From contig CAZVZC010000010.1 in NCBI GenBank assembly GCA_964631415.1, positions 1-50,881 of the forward strand: DNA of 50,881 nucleotides, in the 5' to 3' direction. Both the position numbers and the translations under genes were made by a program. Position 1 is the stretch's first letter. Each line of letters opens with the position of its first letter. The notes beneath the pieces were generated by a model, which was given only the letters and a program-made list of their open reading frames with translations, was not told the DNA's origin and did not search any database. Shown in pieces: positions 29,441 to 38,413 of this stretch. This stretch comes from an uncultured archaeon. Lineage in GTDB: Archaea > Asgardarchaeota > Thorarchaeia > Thorarchaeales > Thorarchaeaceae.

Positions 29441-30208
29441 ATGGGCGTAGACCTAGCAAAGTTGAAGACTGAAGTCATCGATTTGATGAAGAAAGGAAAA
29501 TCCGGCGACGTAGGCAAGAAGTTGATGGACGCCTTCGGAAAGATTGACTCATCGCAATACCAGACCTTTGGCGAAGCGATGAAGGAAGCCATCATGGTGG
29601 ACCCACAAGCGTTTTCCGAGAAGGCATACATCCTGTTCGACAAGATGATGCGGGCTAAGAACCCCGGAAAGCTGTCTGAATACGAGAAGTTCTTTGTCCA
29701 GAACTTCTGCAAGCTGCCGGGCGAGGAATTCGCTGTCATCGCCGACGGCTGGGTTGAAACGGGCAAGTCCCAGATCGCCGGTAACATCTTCGTATCGAAC
29801 TTCCGCATCATCGCGACCGGCGTACAAGAGGCGAAGGCTGCAAGGGTGAGCGGGGGCGGCATGTTCGCGTTCTTGAGCATGATTCAGCTGGGCAGCTACG
29901 CCTATAACAAGTCGATAATGGATCAGATATCGAAGTCCTTGATAGGCGGATCTGCCACCATGGTGAACTACGGTGTCATGTACCCGATAAAGGGCTGCTA
30001 TGCAATTGAGCAAGAGGCCAAGGGATTCAGAGCAAAGATCAACGACCGAGTCAACTACAAGATCGACGTGCCTTACAAAGACAAGAAGGGTAAGGAAGAG
30101 ATCGCCGACCTCTCAGTTTCGGTCATCATCAACATCAACAATCCCGAGATAGCCTCTCTTCTCGGCAAGATCGAGCAGATCCTCAAAGCAAATGCGAAGG
30201 CCGCGTAG
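29441..30208 (+). CDS. Hypothetical protein with a possible PH/GRAM-like domain
   Basis: LPGEE...GNIFVSNFRII; strong coding bias; GAGG upstream of ATG. Confidence 0.7.
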   Translation: MGVDLAKLKTEVIDLMKKGKSGDVGKKLMDAFGKIDSSQYQTFGEAMKEAIMVDPQAFSEKAYILFDKMMRAKNPGKLSEYEKFFVQNFCKLPGEEFAVIADGWVETGKSQIAGNIFVSNFRIIATGVQEAKAARVSGGGMFAFLSMIQLGSYAYNKSIMDQISKSLIGGSATMVNYGVMYPIKGCYAIEQEAKGFRAKINDRVNYKIDVPYKDKKGKEEIADLSVSVIININNPEIASLLGKIEQILKANAKAA

Positions 30209-30465
30209 GCGCCGCGCAGTAGATTCTTCCTCCAGACATGCTTCTCCTGCTAAGAAGAGTTGCATGTCTTGGAGTCTGTCTTCAGTTATGAACATCCGAA
30301 CGACCCGGATTCTGACAGCGATACCATGGTGACTTCGGGTCCGTTCAACTTCATTGAGCCCATAAGGATGCAACTAGCATTCAATGAGGCTCATCATCTT
30401 GGCATTCTAATGTCAGATCCTTTAGTCCCAGACGGTCCTCGGAAACTACCCCCGCTGAAGTTTAC

Positions 30466-31215
30466 TCATGTTTCTATTAGCGTTCCGCGTTCTGCCGGTG
30501 TACACGAAACTGTACCTCCAACAGTCACGCTATCAAGTCTGACCCAATAGTAACCTGTTGAAACCTGACAAGTCAGATCCCCATAGACCACCGAATTCGC
30601 TATGTCGATTCCGTTATTACCTGGGCAGTTTATCCCATGGTGAAAGTAGATATTCTGAAAGCTCGCTTCGGTGGCAGTCAGGTTTATGTTACCATATCCT
30701 GCCGACGCCTCGATATCAAGGGTATATGCCCTATTGATGGTGACATTGACGAATGCCTTCGCATCTCCTGCCCTTAATGCACATACGTCAGCGGGGTTCT
30801 CTTTCAATATCTGAATGGTAACATACTTGTCATACGAGGTATTTGTTACCTGAAGACGCGTGTTCTTTCCTTTTGCTCCATCGACAAGGACCGTGAGTTT
30901 CCAGTTGATCTTGATCATGAAACCAGGATCATCAACCACATTGAACGTCACATTGTGAAAACACACATCGCAATAGATAGAGATATTCTCAGCACTTGGA
31001 TAGGTGTCATCATAGATGACAACTGTTTCATCATAGTCTACCAGTTCCGTCTGAGAGAGCAACACGTATAGAAGGCCAATAGTCATTGCAGAAACTAGCA
31101 ACAGAACAAAGACGATGCATACTGATCTTCTTCTCATTCTCTTCACTCTCTTCTTGCTGACTTCTGAGAAATTGGCCTGTTTCTTCGTTGTTTGAGATTC
31201 TCCAGTTGAATCCAT
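30466..31215 (-). CDS. Single-pass membrane protein with a beta-rich extracellular domain (DUF4097/adhesin-like), possibly C-terminally truncated
   Basis: Basic N-terminus + TM; many N-x-S/T sequons; GYGNINLT/STG repeats; AT-richer than flanks. Confidence 0.65.
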   Translation of the reverse strand: MDSTGESQTTKKQANFSEVSKKRVKRMRRRSVCIVFVLLLVSAMTIGLLYVLLSQTELVDYDETVVIYDDTYPSAENISIYCDVCFHNVTFNVVDDPGFMIKINWKLTVLVDGAKGKNTRLQVTNTSYDKYVTIQILKENPADVCALRAGDAKAFVNVTINRAYTLDIEASAGYGNINLTATEASFQNIYFHHGINCPGNNGIDIANSVVYGDLTCQVSTGYYWVRLDSVTVGGTVSCTPAERGTLIET

Positions 31216-31594
31216 TCTTAAGTCTTATCTGATTTGGTGTTGCGTATCCGGTCTTCAAGAATCCTGGAGCGACCAGAAGCATGGTTATTGCTCCGTTGAT
31301 ATGAGGCGCAAGGCATCGCCCTACAGCCTCAAGTTGGTCGGACGAAGGTCGATGTCCGGGTTGTACTCATCCACTCAGAGTCCACATTGCCATACGTATA
31401 CGGTCGCGGCTCCGTACATCGATCCAGAGACGGGGGTCAGATTCCCTTTAGCCTATTCCATATTGGCCAGCCTCTCGCCAGAACGACGTTAAGCTGAGCG
31501 CCACAATGGTCATAGCGCGGCTTTCCCTGCTCAGTCCCTTTGCCACAGCAGCAACAGATCACCAGTGCCTAGGCCGTGACTCCTTGCGGACGCG

Positions 31595-32755
31595 CTACCG
31601 CCTCCTGCAAACGATAACTCCGCCGAATACGACAACTACCATGATAGCTGCAAGAACAACTGCATAGAGATCCAAGGTCGGATTCTGCGTTGTGCTCGTG
31701 GTGGTGGTAGTATTGCCCGTGCTGGTTGTGGTAGTCATAGTGGTAGTCGTTGTAGTCGTGGTGGTAGTCGTCGTGGTAGTAGTGGTAGTTGTCGTAGTCG
31801 TCGTAGTAGTCGTTGTGGTCGTGTTACCCGTGGCAAGTTTCACACCGAAATCGATGGCCTGATTGACAAGGTTGCACCCGTCAAGCTCAACGCCATAGTA
31901 GATGTGCTGATACATTGGCTGGAAGTCACCGTAGGGCGATGCTCCTGAAACGACAAGTACGCCGTTCTTGGCCGTGCCCGCGTGAGTTTCGATTGTAGCA
32001 GCGACGAATTCGCCTTTGGCACCATCGGCGTGGGCAATAGGCGGAGTGGCGTCGCTGTCGAGGATTGTAGCATTGCCGCCGTAGTAGAGCAATGGGTAGA
32101 CATCAGTGATGGCCGTTGTTTCCAGGGCCACTGGGCTGATTCCATAGCCAGGCGTTGCGTTGTTGCTGCCAAAGAGGAGTGTTGGTGAGTGCATGAGCAC
32201 CTTTTGTACATTCGTCACGATTGAGGATACATACGGGTCAGTGCTGGTGCCATTAGCTACGACTCTGTAGGAACTGCCGCAGTTCGATATTGGATCCGCC
32301 ACTGCGGTCGGTTCACCGTACACGTGTGACCCCACTAGCATGAGAATCATTGTCATGTACTCATTGATGTACGTGTAGCCGCCATAGTCTGAGTCATAGC
32401 CGATCCACATGAACCTCTCTCCGGCATTGAACCAGTTGGTTATCGCTAACAGCTCCTCGACACTGTAGACATTGGCCTCGCCATTGATGGAGCCGGCGAC
32501 AAAACCCACTGCATTCTCAAGTATGCTCGCATTTATCCCGCCTGTAGCCCAGACAACCGTGTAGCCCAACTGAGTCAGATTGTTCTTCAGCCAAAGGTCC
32601 GTAGTGCTGAGGAGAGGTTCCCTACTCTGGCCGTGGGAGTAGTCGAGGACTATCGTACCAATACCAAGACCCTTCACAGTTGGCGCAGAGTATGGCAGAG
32701 CTGCTATAGGCAAAACCGCCAGACAGACTAACACTACCAGCGCGTTCCCCTTCAT
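31595..32755 (-). CDS. Cell-surface glycoprotein with a poly-Thr linker and C-terminal TM anchor
   Basis: Signal peptide, IVLDYSHGQ domain, Thr run, TM + RRR. Confidence 0.85.
   Translation of the reverse strand: MKGNALVVLVCLAVLPIAALPYSAPTVKGLGIGTIVLDYSHGQSREPLLSTTDLWLKNNLTQLGYTVVWATGGINASILENAVGFVAGSINGEANVYSVEELLAITNWFNAGERFMWIGYDSDYGGYTYINEYMTMILMLVGSHVYGEPTAVADPISNCGSSYRVVANGTSTDPYVSSIVTNVQKVLMHSPTLLFGSNNATPGYGISPVALETTAITDVYPLLYYGGNATILDSDATPPIAHADGAKGEFVAATIETHAGTAKNGVLVVSGASPYGDFQPMYQHIYYGVELDGCNLVNQAIDFGVKLATGNTTTTTTTTTTTTTTTTTTTTTTTTTTTTMTTTTSTGNTTTTTSTTQNPTLDLYAVVLAAIMVVVVFGGVIVCRRR
31690..31822 (-). repeat. ACN codon repeat encoding the poly-threonine linker
   Basis: Mixed gtg/gta/gtc/gtt triplets on the + strand. 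Confidence 0.9.
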
Positions 32756-33227
32756 CCAATCATCACCCACGATCACCTACGCTTAGCGGGCAAAGACACA
32801 ATAGGATGGAAAGCCACTTCCTTCTTGTCAGGCCCGTTCCCAGCTGAATACACTCTTCCTCCTTCCTTATTGTTCTTTGCTCTTCCGCTGCCCTTGTGTG
32901 GTTGCTAGGAAACAGGCACATTCATTGATTCTTCGAGCACAACATAGTCTCAGTCACCCTCCACTGACTCACGTTCTCGCTCTTGCGCGCATCATCGGAC
33001 ATTCCGATGATTTTGCACCTTTTCCAGTGTGAGTCTATCTCGCGGCCAACCTCTGCACCGCGCTCGGAATCTGCGCAGCTCCCCTTGTATTCAGTTCGGG
33101 CTTTGGGCTCTCAACTTCGCCACTAGCTCCGCGACAGACTCCACTGAAGCTCACACGAGCACAAGCCATAGTACATTTAAGACGCAAGGACGCTGGATTG
33201 ACCGAATTGGTTGTCTGGTGAAACAGG

Positions 33228-33698
33228 ATGAGCAGTCCATCAGCTGAAGATGTCAGAAAGACTAGTATGGCGACGGTAGCTAGCGCCCACACGGTCTACA
33301 TCGAAGCGGTCCGAAAGATATCAGGCGAAAAAGGTCTGAGAGCCGTGGGCGAGGCAAACAGGCTTCATGGCTTGGAGCTTGGCAAAGCGGGTATAGCTAG
33401 CGGAGGCCTGAAGAAGGGCGATTTGAAATCCATCTACGAGTTCTTTCAGGGAGCCCATCCATACTTCGGCTTCGAGATAGAGCTTCTCAAGGCCACTAAC
33501 CGTGAGCTCGAAATGAAGGTCACTTACTGCCCGTGGATCGAGACCTTCAAGTCAGAAGGTGCAGGCACGGATATCTGCAACTGGGTCTGCAGAATGGACG
33601 AAGGCATCGGCCAAGCTGTTGATTCCAGGCTTGCGATGACGATTCCGATGTGCATGATGCGAGGAGATGCCTATTGCATCTACCGATACCAGAAGTAG
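33228..33698 (+). CDS. ATC-hydrolase/V4R-like protein
   Basis: KVTYCPW...ICNWVCRMD...CMMRGDAYCIYRY; TTTAAG at ~33176. Confidence 0.75.
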   Translation: MSSPSAEDVRKTSMATVASAHTVYIEAVRKISGEKGLRAVGEANRLHGLELGKAGIASGGLKKGDLKSIYEFFQGAHPYFGFEIELLKATNRELEMKVTYCPWIETFKSEGAGTDICNWVCRMDEGIGQAVDSRLAMTIPMCMMRGDAYCIYRYQK

Positions 33699-33721
33699 CG
33701 AATAGACACACACCATGTATC

Positions 33722-34852
33722 CTATACCCTGATTGGGTATCCGCCCTTCTTGAACGCATAGTCGTACATGTCCACGATCTTCTCTGGCGTGGAGTCAGGT
33801 TGGATGTTGTGCGCTGGGGCAAGTATGTATCCGCCACCCGGGGCGAACGCACGCAGGCGCGCGTCGACCTCCTTTCTTACGGCAGCAATAGTCCCCTCAA
33901 TCGACATCGCTTCCTGAAGGTCCACCCCACCGTGGAAGCTGATTCTGTCACCGTACTTGCGCTTCAGGGTCGCAGAGTCCATGCCCTTGGCCAGCGGCTG
34001 CACAGGATTCAGTATGTCCACGCCAACTTCGATCAAGTCGTTGATGATGGGTTCGATTGCACCGCAGCTGTGGAACAAGATCTTGGCATGAGGCGCTCTC
34101 CTATGGATATCCCCGTAGATTCTCTTGTGCCTGGGTTTGATGAGATTGCGATACATCATTGGACTAACAATCATCCCCTGTTGGTGGCCTAGGTCATCTC
34201 CCACCTGAACGATGTCGAGGTACTGGCTCACCTGGTCGAGAAAGACTCGATTGATGTTCATCGCATACTCCATGCACTTGTCCATCATGGCCTCTGCTAA
34301 GTCGCGACGGGTGGCCAGATCAAGCAGGAATGCCTCATAGCCTCGCATGTAGTGTTCACAAAACTCGAGCACACCCCATGGTCCTCCAACCATACCTACT
34401 ACGGCACAATCGCTGTCCTCGTGCAAATGCCGCGCCCACTCAACAACCCCGTCCATTCGAGATGGGTCATCCGCGTTTGGCCATTCATATTGCATGACCT
34501 GCTCGATCTCAGTGAACTGTGCCCATGGATGGTGCACAATCTCCCAGTAAGGGCCAATCCACTTTCCACGGAATCCATACTCCGAGTCGACTGAGCCGTC
34601 CTGGTACGTCCTCTGTTTGAAGCTGGATGCTTCTCTCATGTACACGCGTCTGAAGTCAACGTGAAGCCGGTTCAGAAGCGTTTCTGAGATTCTCCAGCTA
34701 CTCATTATACCCCACTCTTGTGTTTCAGGCGCAGTTATCTTGAGGTGGTTTCTGACCTTCTCATAAGCGGCAGGCGTGATCCATAGGTCGAGTGGCACTC
34801 TGTCTGCTTCTCTGTGTCCAAGTACCGCATGAACCCTATCTCTTGGTTTCAT
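33722..34852 (-). CDS. Uroporphyrinogen decarboxylase family protein (MtaA/CmuA-like)
   Basis: MKPRDRV..DRVP, MRGYE, GDDLG.Q, FHSCG, LNPVQP, FHGGVD, GGYILAPAHNIQ. Confidence 0.88.
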   Translation of the reverse strand: MKPRDRVHAVLGHREADRVPLDLWITPAAYEKVRNHLKITAPETQEWGIMSSWRISETLLNRLHVDFRRVYMREASSFKQRTYQDGSVDSEYGFRGKWIGPYWEIVHHPWAQFTEIEQVMQYEWPNADDPSRMDGVVEWARHLHEDSDCAVVGMVGGPWGVLEFCEHYMRGYEAFLLDLATRRDLAEAMMDKCMEYAMNINRVFLDQVSQYLDIVQVGDDLGHQQGMIVSPMMYRNLIKPRHKRIYGDIHRRAPHAKILFHSCGAIEPIINDLIEVGVDILNPVQPLAKGMDSATLKRKYGDRISFHGGVDLQEAMSIEGTIAAVRKEVDARLRAFAPGGGYILAPAHNIQPDSTPEKIVDMYDYAFKKGGYPIRV

Positions 34853-35020
34853 TCGCTGCTGCTCTCCTGCCGAGGCTGTCAGACTATTGGAAGCCCATAT
34901 TAAACCCGCACTTGAGGGGATACCGAAGCGCTTTAATGACGGGCATAGGCAAGGTCTGCACTTCACACTATGAATCATGAATGTCATCGACCTGACACTT
35001 CAAGGGAGTGAAACCTCACT

Positions 35021-36055
35021 ATGCGTAATTCGCGAGAATTGGTGCTTCAGAGTCTTCGCCATGAGCCGCCTGACCGCACCCCTGTTATTCCTCTTGCTGG
35101 TCTGTTCACAACGAGCGTTTCAGGAATTCCCGTGAACAAGTTACTGCGTGATCCTGATGCACAGACTCGTTCGCAGCTTGCTTCACTCAGGCAATTCGGC
35201 TACGACGGTGTCGTCACGATCATGGACCTCACGGCAGAGGCTGAGGCACTCGGAGCTACCGTGAAGTATCAAGAGAACGCATTTCCATACATTACTAAGC
35301 ATCCATATCCGGTACCTGCGGACTTTCCAGACCTTGAACTACCAGACATCAGAAAGACCCGGCTCTCTGTGTTCGTTGAAACAACGAGGAGTCTTGTGAA
35401 ACAAGTCGGGAAGACGCACTTCGTCGGCAGCTACGTCATAGGACCATTCACGCTCGCGGGCCAGCTAATGGGAGTTGAGCCACTCTTCGAGCTGATTACA
35501 GACGATCCGGACAGGGCTTTGTCCATTGTGAACAACTGTGAGGAGGTACTCGAACCATACGTTGAGCGGCTCGTCGAGGCGGGTACACACAGTGTCATAA
35601 TCCTAGAACCGACCGCCAGCTCAAGCGTGGTTCCACCTGACTTCTTCGTCAGGTATTCTGTGCCCAACGTCAAGCGACTGATCTCACTCTCAAAGGCTCA
35701 GGGCGCAGGTTCGACGCTTCATATTTGCGGGAACACAACGAAGATCATTGGGCTCATGTGTGATACAGGTGCAGATGCTTTGAGTCTTGATTCCAAGATC
35801 AGCATCGAGGAAGCGATGAAGATTGTCAATCAGAGATGCACGATCATAGGAAACGTTGACACGACCCTGATGCTTACTGGCACAGTTGACGAAATCGTGA
35901 CGGCAACCAAGAAATGCATTCAGGCAGCAGGTCCAAGCGGGGCCGGATTCATTGCTAGCACAGGCTGCGACCTCCCCATTGAAGCCCCATTCGACAATGT
36001 TCGGGCATTAGTAGATACTGCCAAAGGCCACAAGCCCGGCAAGCGTTCTTTGTAG
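35021..36055 (+). CDS. Methylcobamide:thiol (CoM) methyltransferase, MtaA/MtbA/CmuA family
   Basis: DLTAEAEALG, IGPFTLA, EPTAS, Zn ligands LHICG and STGCDLP. Confidence 0.85.
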   Translation: MRNSRELVLQSLRHEPPDRTPVIPLAGLFTTSVSGIPVNKLLRDPDAQTRSQLASLRQFGYDGVVTIMDLTAEAEALGATVKYQENAFPYITKHPYPVPADFPDLELPDIRKTRLSVFVETTRSLVKQVGKTHFVGSYVIGPFTLAGQLMGVEPLFELITDDPDRALSIVNNCEEVLEPYVERLVEAGTHSVIILEPTASSSVVPPDFFVRYSVPNVKRLISLSKAQGAGSTLHICGNTTKIIGLMCDTGADALSLDSKISIEEAMKIVNQRCTIIGNVDTTLMLTGTVDEIVTATKKCIQAAGPSGAGFIASTGCDLPIEAPFDNVRALVDTAKGHKPGKRSL

Positions 36056-36178
36056 GATGACTGTCATATCAGTTGGCATTCGGACTAGGGACTCGTTTAG
36101 ACATGGACCATTCATTGTCAGTTGGACAACCTTGGATACGGTCATCCCAACCATAGCAGTATCGACACACTCTTCGAA

Positions 36179-37621
36179 CTAGGGTCGCTTCTTTGCGCGC
36201 GCCTTGATTATCTCCCGCATCTTCGCCTCGACATCCTTGTTCAGAGGATCGACCTTGTGGGTTTCCAGGATCTTCTTGACCTTCTCCTTTGCTCTCATGA
36301 CCATGTCCTTTGATCCTTTGGCTTCCCAGTCTGGTCTTGAAGTCCTGTCAGTGAGAGATGGTATCCAGTACTCCTCCAGAAGGTGCTTGCGAGTGAAATC
36401 CAGGCCCTCGTCACTAGTCAGGTAGTTGCTCTCATGGCCAATCCCATCAATCAAGTCTACAGCAAGGGTCTCCTTTGAAACCTTCATACCTTTAGCTATA
36501 CGCTTGACTGCCCCGCATATCTCATTGCTGATGGCGAACATCTCATAGCTTGCTGTGATTCCCGTCTCCACAATGCCGTATACAGCATCGTGCACTACAT
36601 CTACGCCTGCAAGAGTTGCCGTCAACACGTTCATTGTGTTCTCATAGGCTGCCTGCGCGTCTGGAACTTTCGAATCGACTATGCCCGCTGCTCCATAGTA
36701 GGGTATTCCGTAGTAATGCGCCACTTGGCAGAACGCAGCGTGGATTAATCCGTTCTCTGGGCAGCCATACGCGGCTGTGCCATGTCTTTGGTCCATGATT
36801 GTCGCACATGATCCCCATATCATCGGAGTGCCCGGTCCGACAAGTTCTGTCAGTACGAGCACGGCGTGATTCTCAGCCACTCCCTGTACAACCATCCCCG
36901 CGAGCGTGATTGGCCCGCTTGCACTGGCCAGGGCTCCTGTGCTTATGTCAAAAGGAATCCTGTACTTAGCGCACTCAAGGGCGATGTCTATTATGTTTGC
37001 CGTGTATTTGAGCGGTGGCACATTGTTGAGGCCAGTATCGATAATGGACGGATTTCTGAGAAACTCCTCTTCTCCTCCTGCGTACAGCTTGGCCATCTCG
37101 ATGACATCTCTGAACCCTTCTTGAGTCACAGCCAAAAAACTCAGGTGTTTCTCAGAGCTCTTGAACATCGAAAGAGCCATGGTCTGCTCAAGGATGTCCT
37201 GTGACACTTCCTGAGGGATTATGTTGGGCTTGATGTAATCCACTGTCGGGAAGTAATCCGAGAGCAGTGTGAACTCCTCCAGGTCCCTGAGAGTAGAAGC
37301 TCTACGCTGGCCGGTGTTCAGATCATACGTGCACTGAGCCCCAAAGGCATTTGTGAAGTAGGAATTGCCGTCGCCGATGAGTACGTTGTATTTCGGATTG
37401 ATGGCTTTGAAGAGGTGCCTGCTCGGAGTCTTCCTCAGCGTTTCCTTCACCAGGTACTCCGGTATATGAGCTACCTTCTTCTTCTGATCAATGGTCGCTC
37501 CCGCTTCTTTGAGTATCTTGAGAGCCTCATCATGCTGAATGAGTATTCCGGTTCTCTCCAGAACCTCCATTGCGGCCATGTGTATCGCATAGACTTCGTT
37601 CCGACTTAGCAGTTCAAACAT
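36179..37621 (-). CDS. mttB: Trimethylamine methyltransferase (MttB) superfamily protein, non-pyrrolysine
   Basis: IHMAAMEVLERTG, SGPITLAG..VQ..AE, GIVDSKVPDAQAAYE, ETLAVDLI; no in-frame TAG. Confidence 0.88.
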   Translation of the reverse strand: MFELLSRNEVYAIHMAAMEVLERTGILIQHDEALKILKEAGATIDQKKKVAHIPEYLVKETLRKTPSRHLFKAINPKYNVLIGDGNSYFTNAFGAQCTYDLNTGQRRASTLRDLEEFTLLSDYFPTVDYIKPNIIPQEVSQDILEQTMALSMFKSSEKHLSFLAVTQEGFRDVIEMAKLYAGGEEEFLRNPSIIDTGLNNVPPLKYTANIIDIALECAKYRIPFDISTGALASASGPITLAGMVVQGVAENHAVLVLTELVGPGTPMIWGSCATIMDQRHGTAAYGCPENGLIHAAFCQVAHYYGIPYYGAAGIVDSKVPDAQAAYENTMNVLTATLAGVDVVHDAVYGIVETGITASYEMFAISNEICGAVKRIAKGMKVSKETLAVDLIDGIGHESNYLTSDEGLDFTRKHLLEEYWIPSLTDRTSRPDWEAKGSKDMVMRAKEKVKKILETHKVDPLNKDVEAKMREIIKARAKKRP

Positions 37622-37645
37622 GTAGCATTCACCCAGTCCTTAGTA

Positions 37646-38302
37646 TCAAACCGGCTTTTTCGCAACCAAGCGCACGACAAGACTCACCGCTGTCACGGCA
37701 TCACCCGCCCATCCATCAGCACCTATGTCCTTTGCCCACTTCTCTGTAGTCGGGGCGCCTCCTATTATGACCTTCACTTTGTCCCTCAAACCGGCCGTCT
37801 TCAGCTCCTCGATTATCTTCCTCTGAATGGGCATCGAGGATGTGATGAGCGACGACAGGCCCAAGACGTCTGGCTTCTGGTCTCGGACGTTCTTCAGGAT
37901 AACGTCTATCGGTACATCTTCGCCCAAGTTTGACACTTCGAATCCGTGCGCCTCCATCATTGTAGCGACGATGTCCTTTCCGATGCTGTGAATGTCTCCC
38001 TGTACAGTTGCTATGACCACCTTTCCGGCGCTCTTGATCTTGCTCTTCGAGGCCTTGATCTCGGGCAGAAGGACAGACATCCCTGCCTTCATGGCCTTCG
38101 CAGCAGCCATAAGCTCGACAAGGAAGACCTCTCCTTCGCCGAACTTGTCACCAATCTCTCTGACGCCTTTTGCCAACCCGCCGGTTATAGCATCCATTGG
38201 AGATATCTTCGCCTCCAATGCCTTCTTGGCAGCATTCATGGCCTTGTCCTTATTCCCTTGGATGACAGCTTCTCGCATTTCCTCGAGTATGACTGACGAC
38301 AT
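37646..38302 (-). CDS. Cognate corrinoid protein (MttC/MtaC-like)
   Basis: Cap domain; GDIHSIGKDIV (DxHxxG), GLSSL, IIGGAP. Confidence 0.93.
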   Translation of the reverse strand: MSSVILEEMREAVIQGNKDKAMNAAKKALEAKISPMDAITGGLAKGVREIGDKFGEGEVFLVELMAAAKAMKAGMSVLLPEIKASKSKIKSAGKVVIATVQGDIHSIGKDIVATMMEAHGFEVSNLGEDVPIDVILKNVRDQKPDVLGLSSLITSSMPIQRKIIEELKTAGLRDKVKVIIGGAPTTEKWAKDIGADGWAGDAVTAVSLVVRLVAKKPV

Positions 38303-38379
38303 TGTTCTGTGACCTCACATCTGTAAACCCAACAAGTATCTGAGAATGATATGTCCTCTGGTAGTTCCCTGCTTTCGAT

Positions 38380-38412
38380 ACGAAAGAAAAAAGGAGGAGG
38401 AGGCTTAGCCCC
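38380..38412 (-). terminator. Putative U-rich terminator after the APC permease
   Basis: Minus strand reads ggggctaagcctc..ccttttttctttcg directly after the stop codon. Confidence 0.45.
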
Positions 38413-38413
38413 C

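Noticed and set aside
31690-31822. CRISPR or satellite repeat
   Set aside because: It is a synonymous-codon Thr linker within a CDS, with no repeat-spacer structure.
36179-37621. Pyrrolysine recoding or methanogenesis
   Set aside because: No internal TAG, and no pyl or mcr genes in the window.
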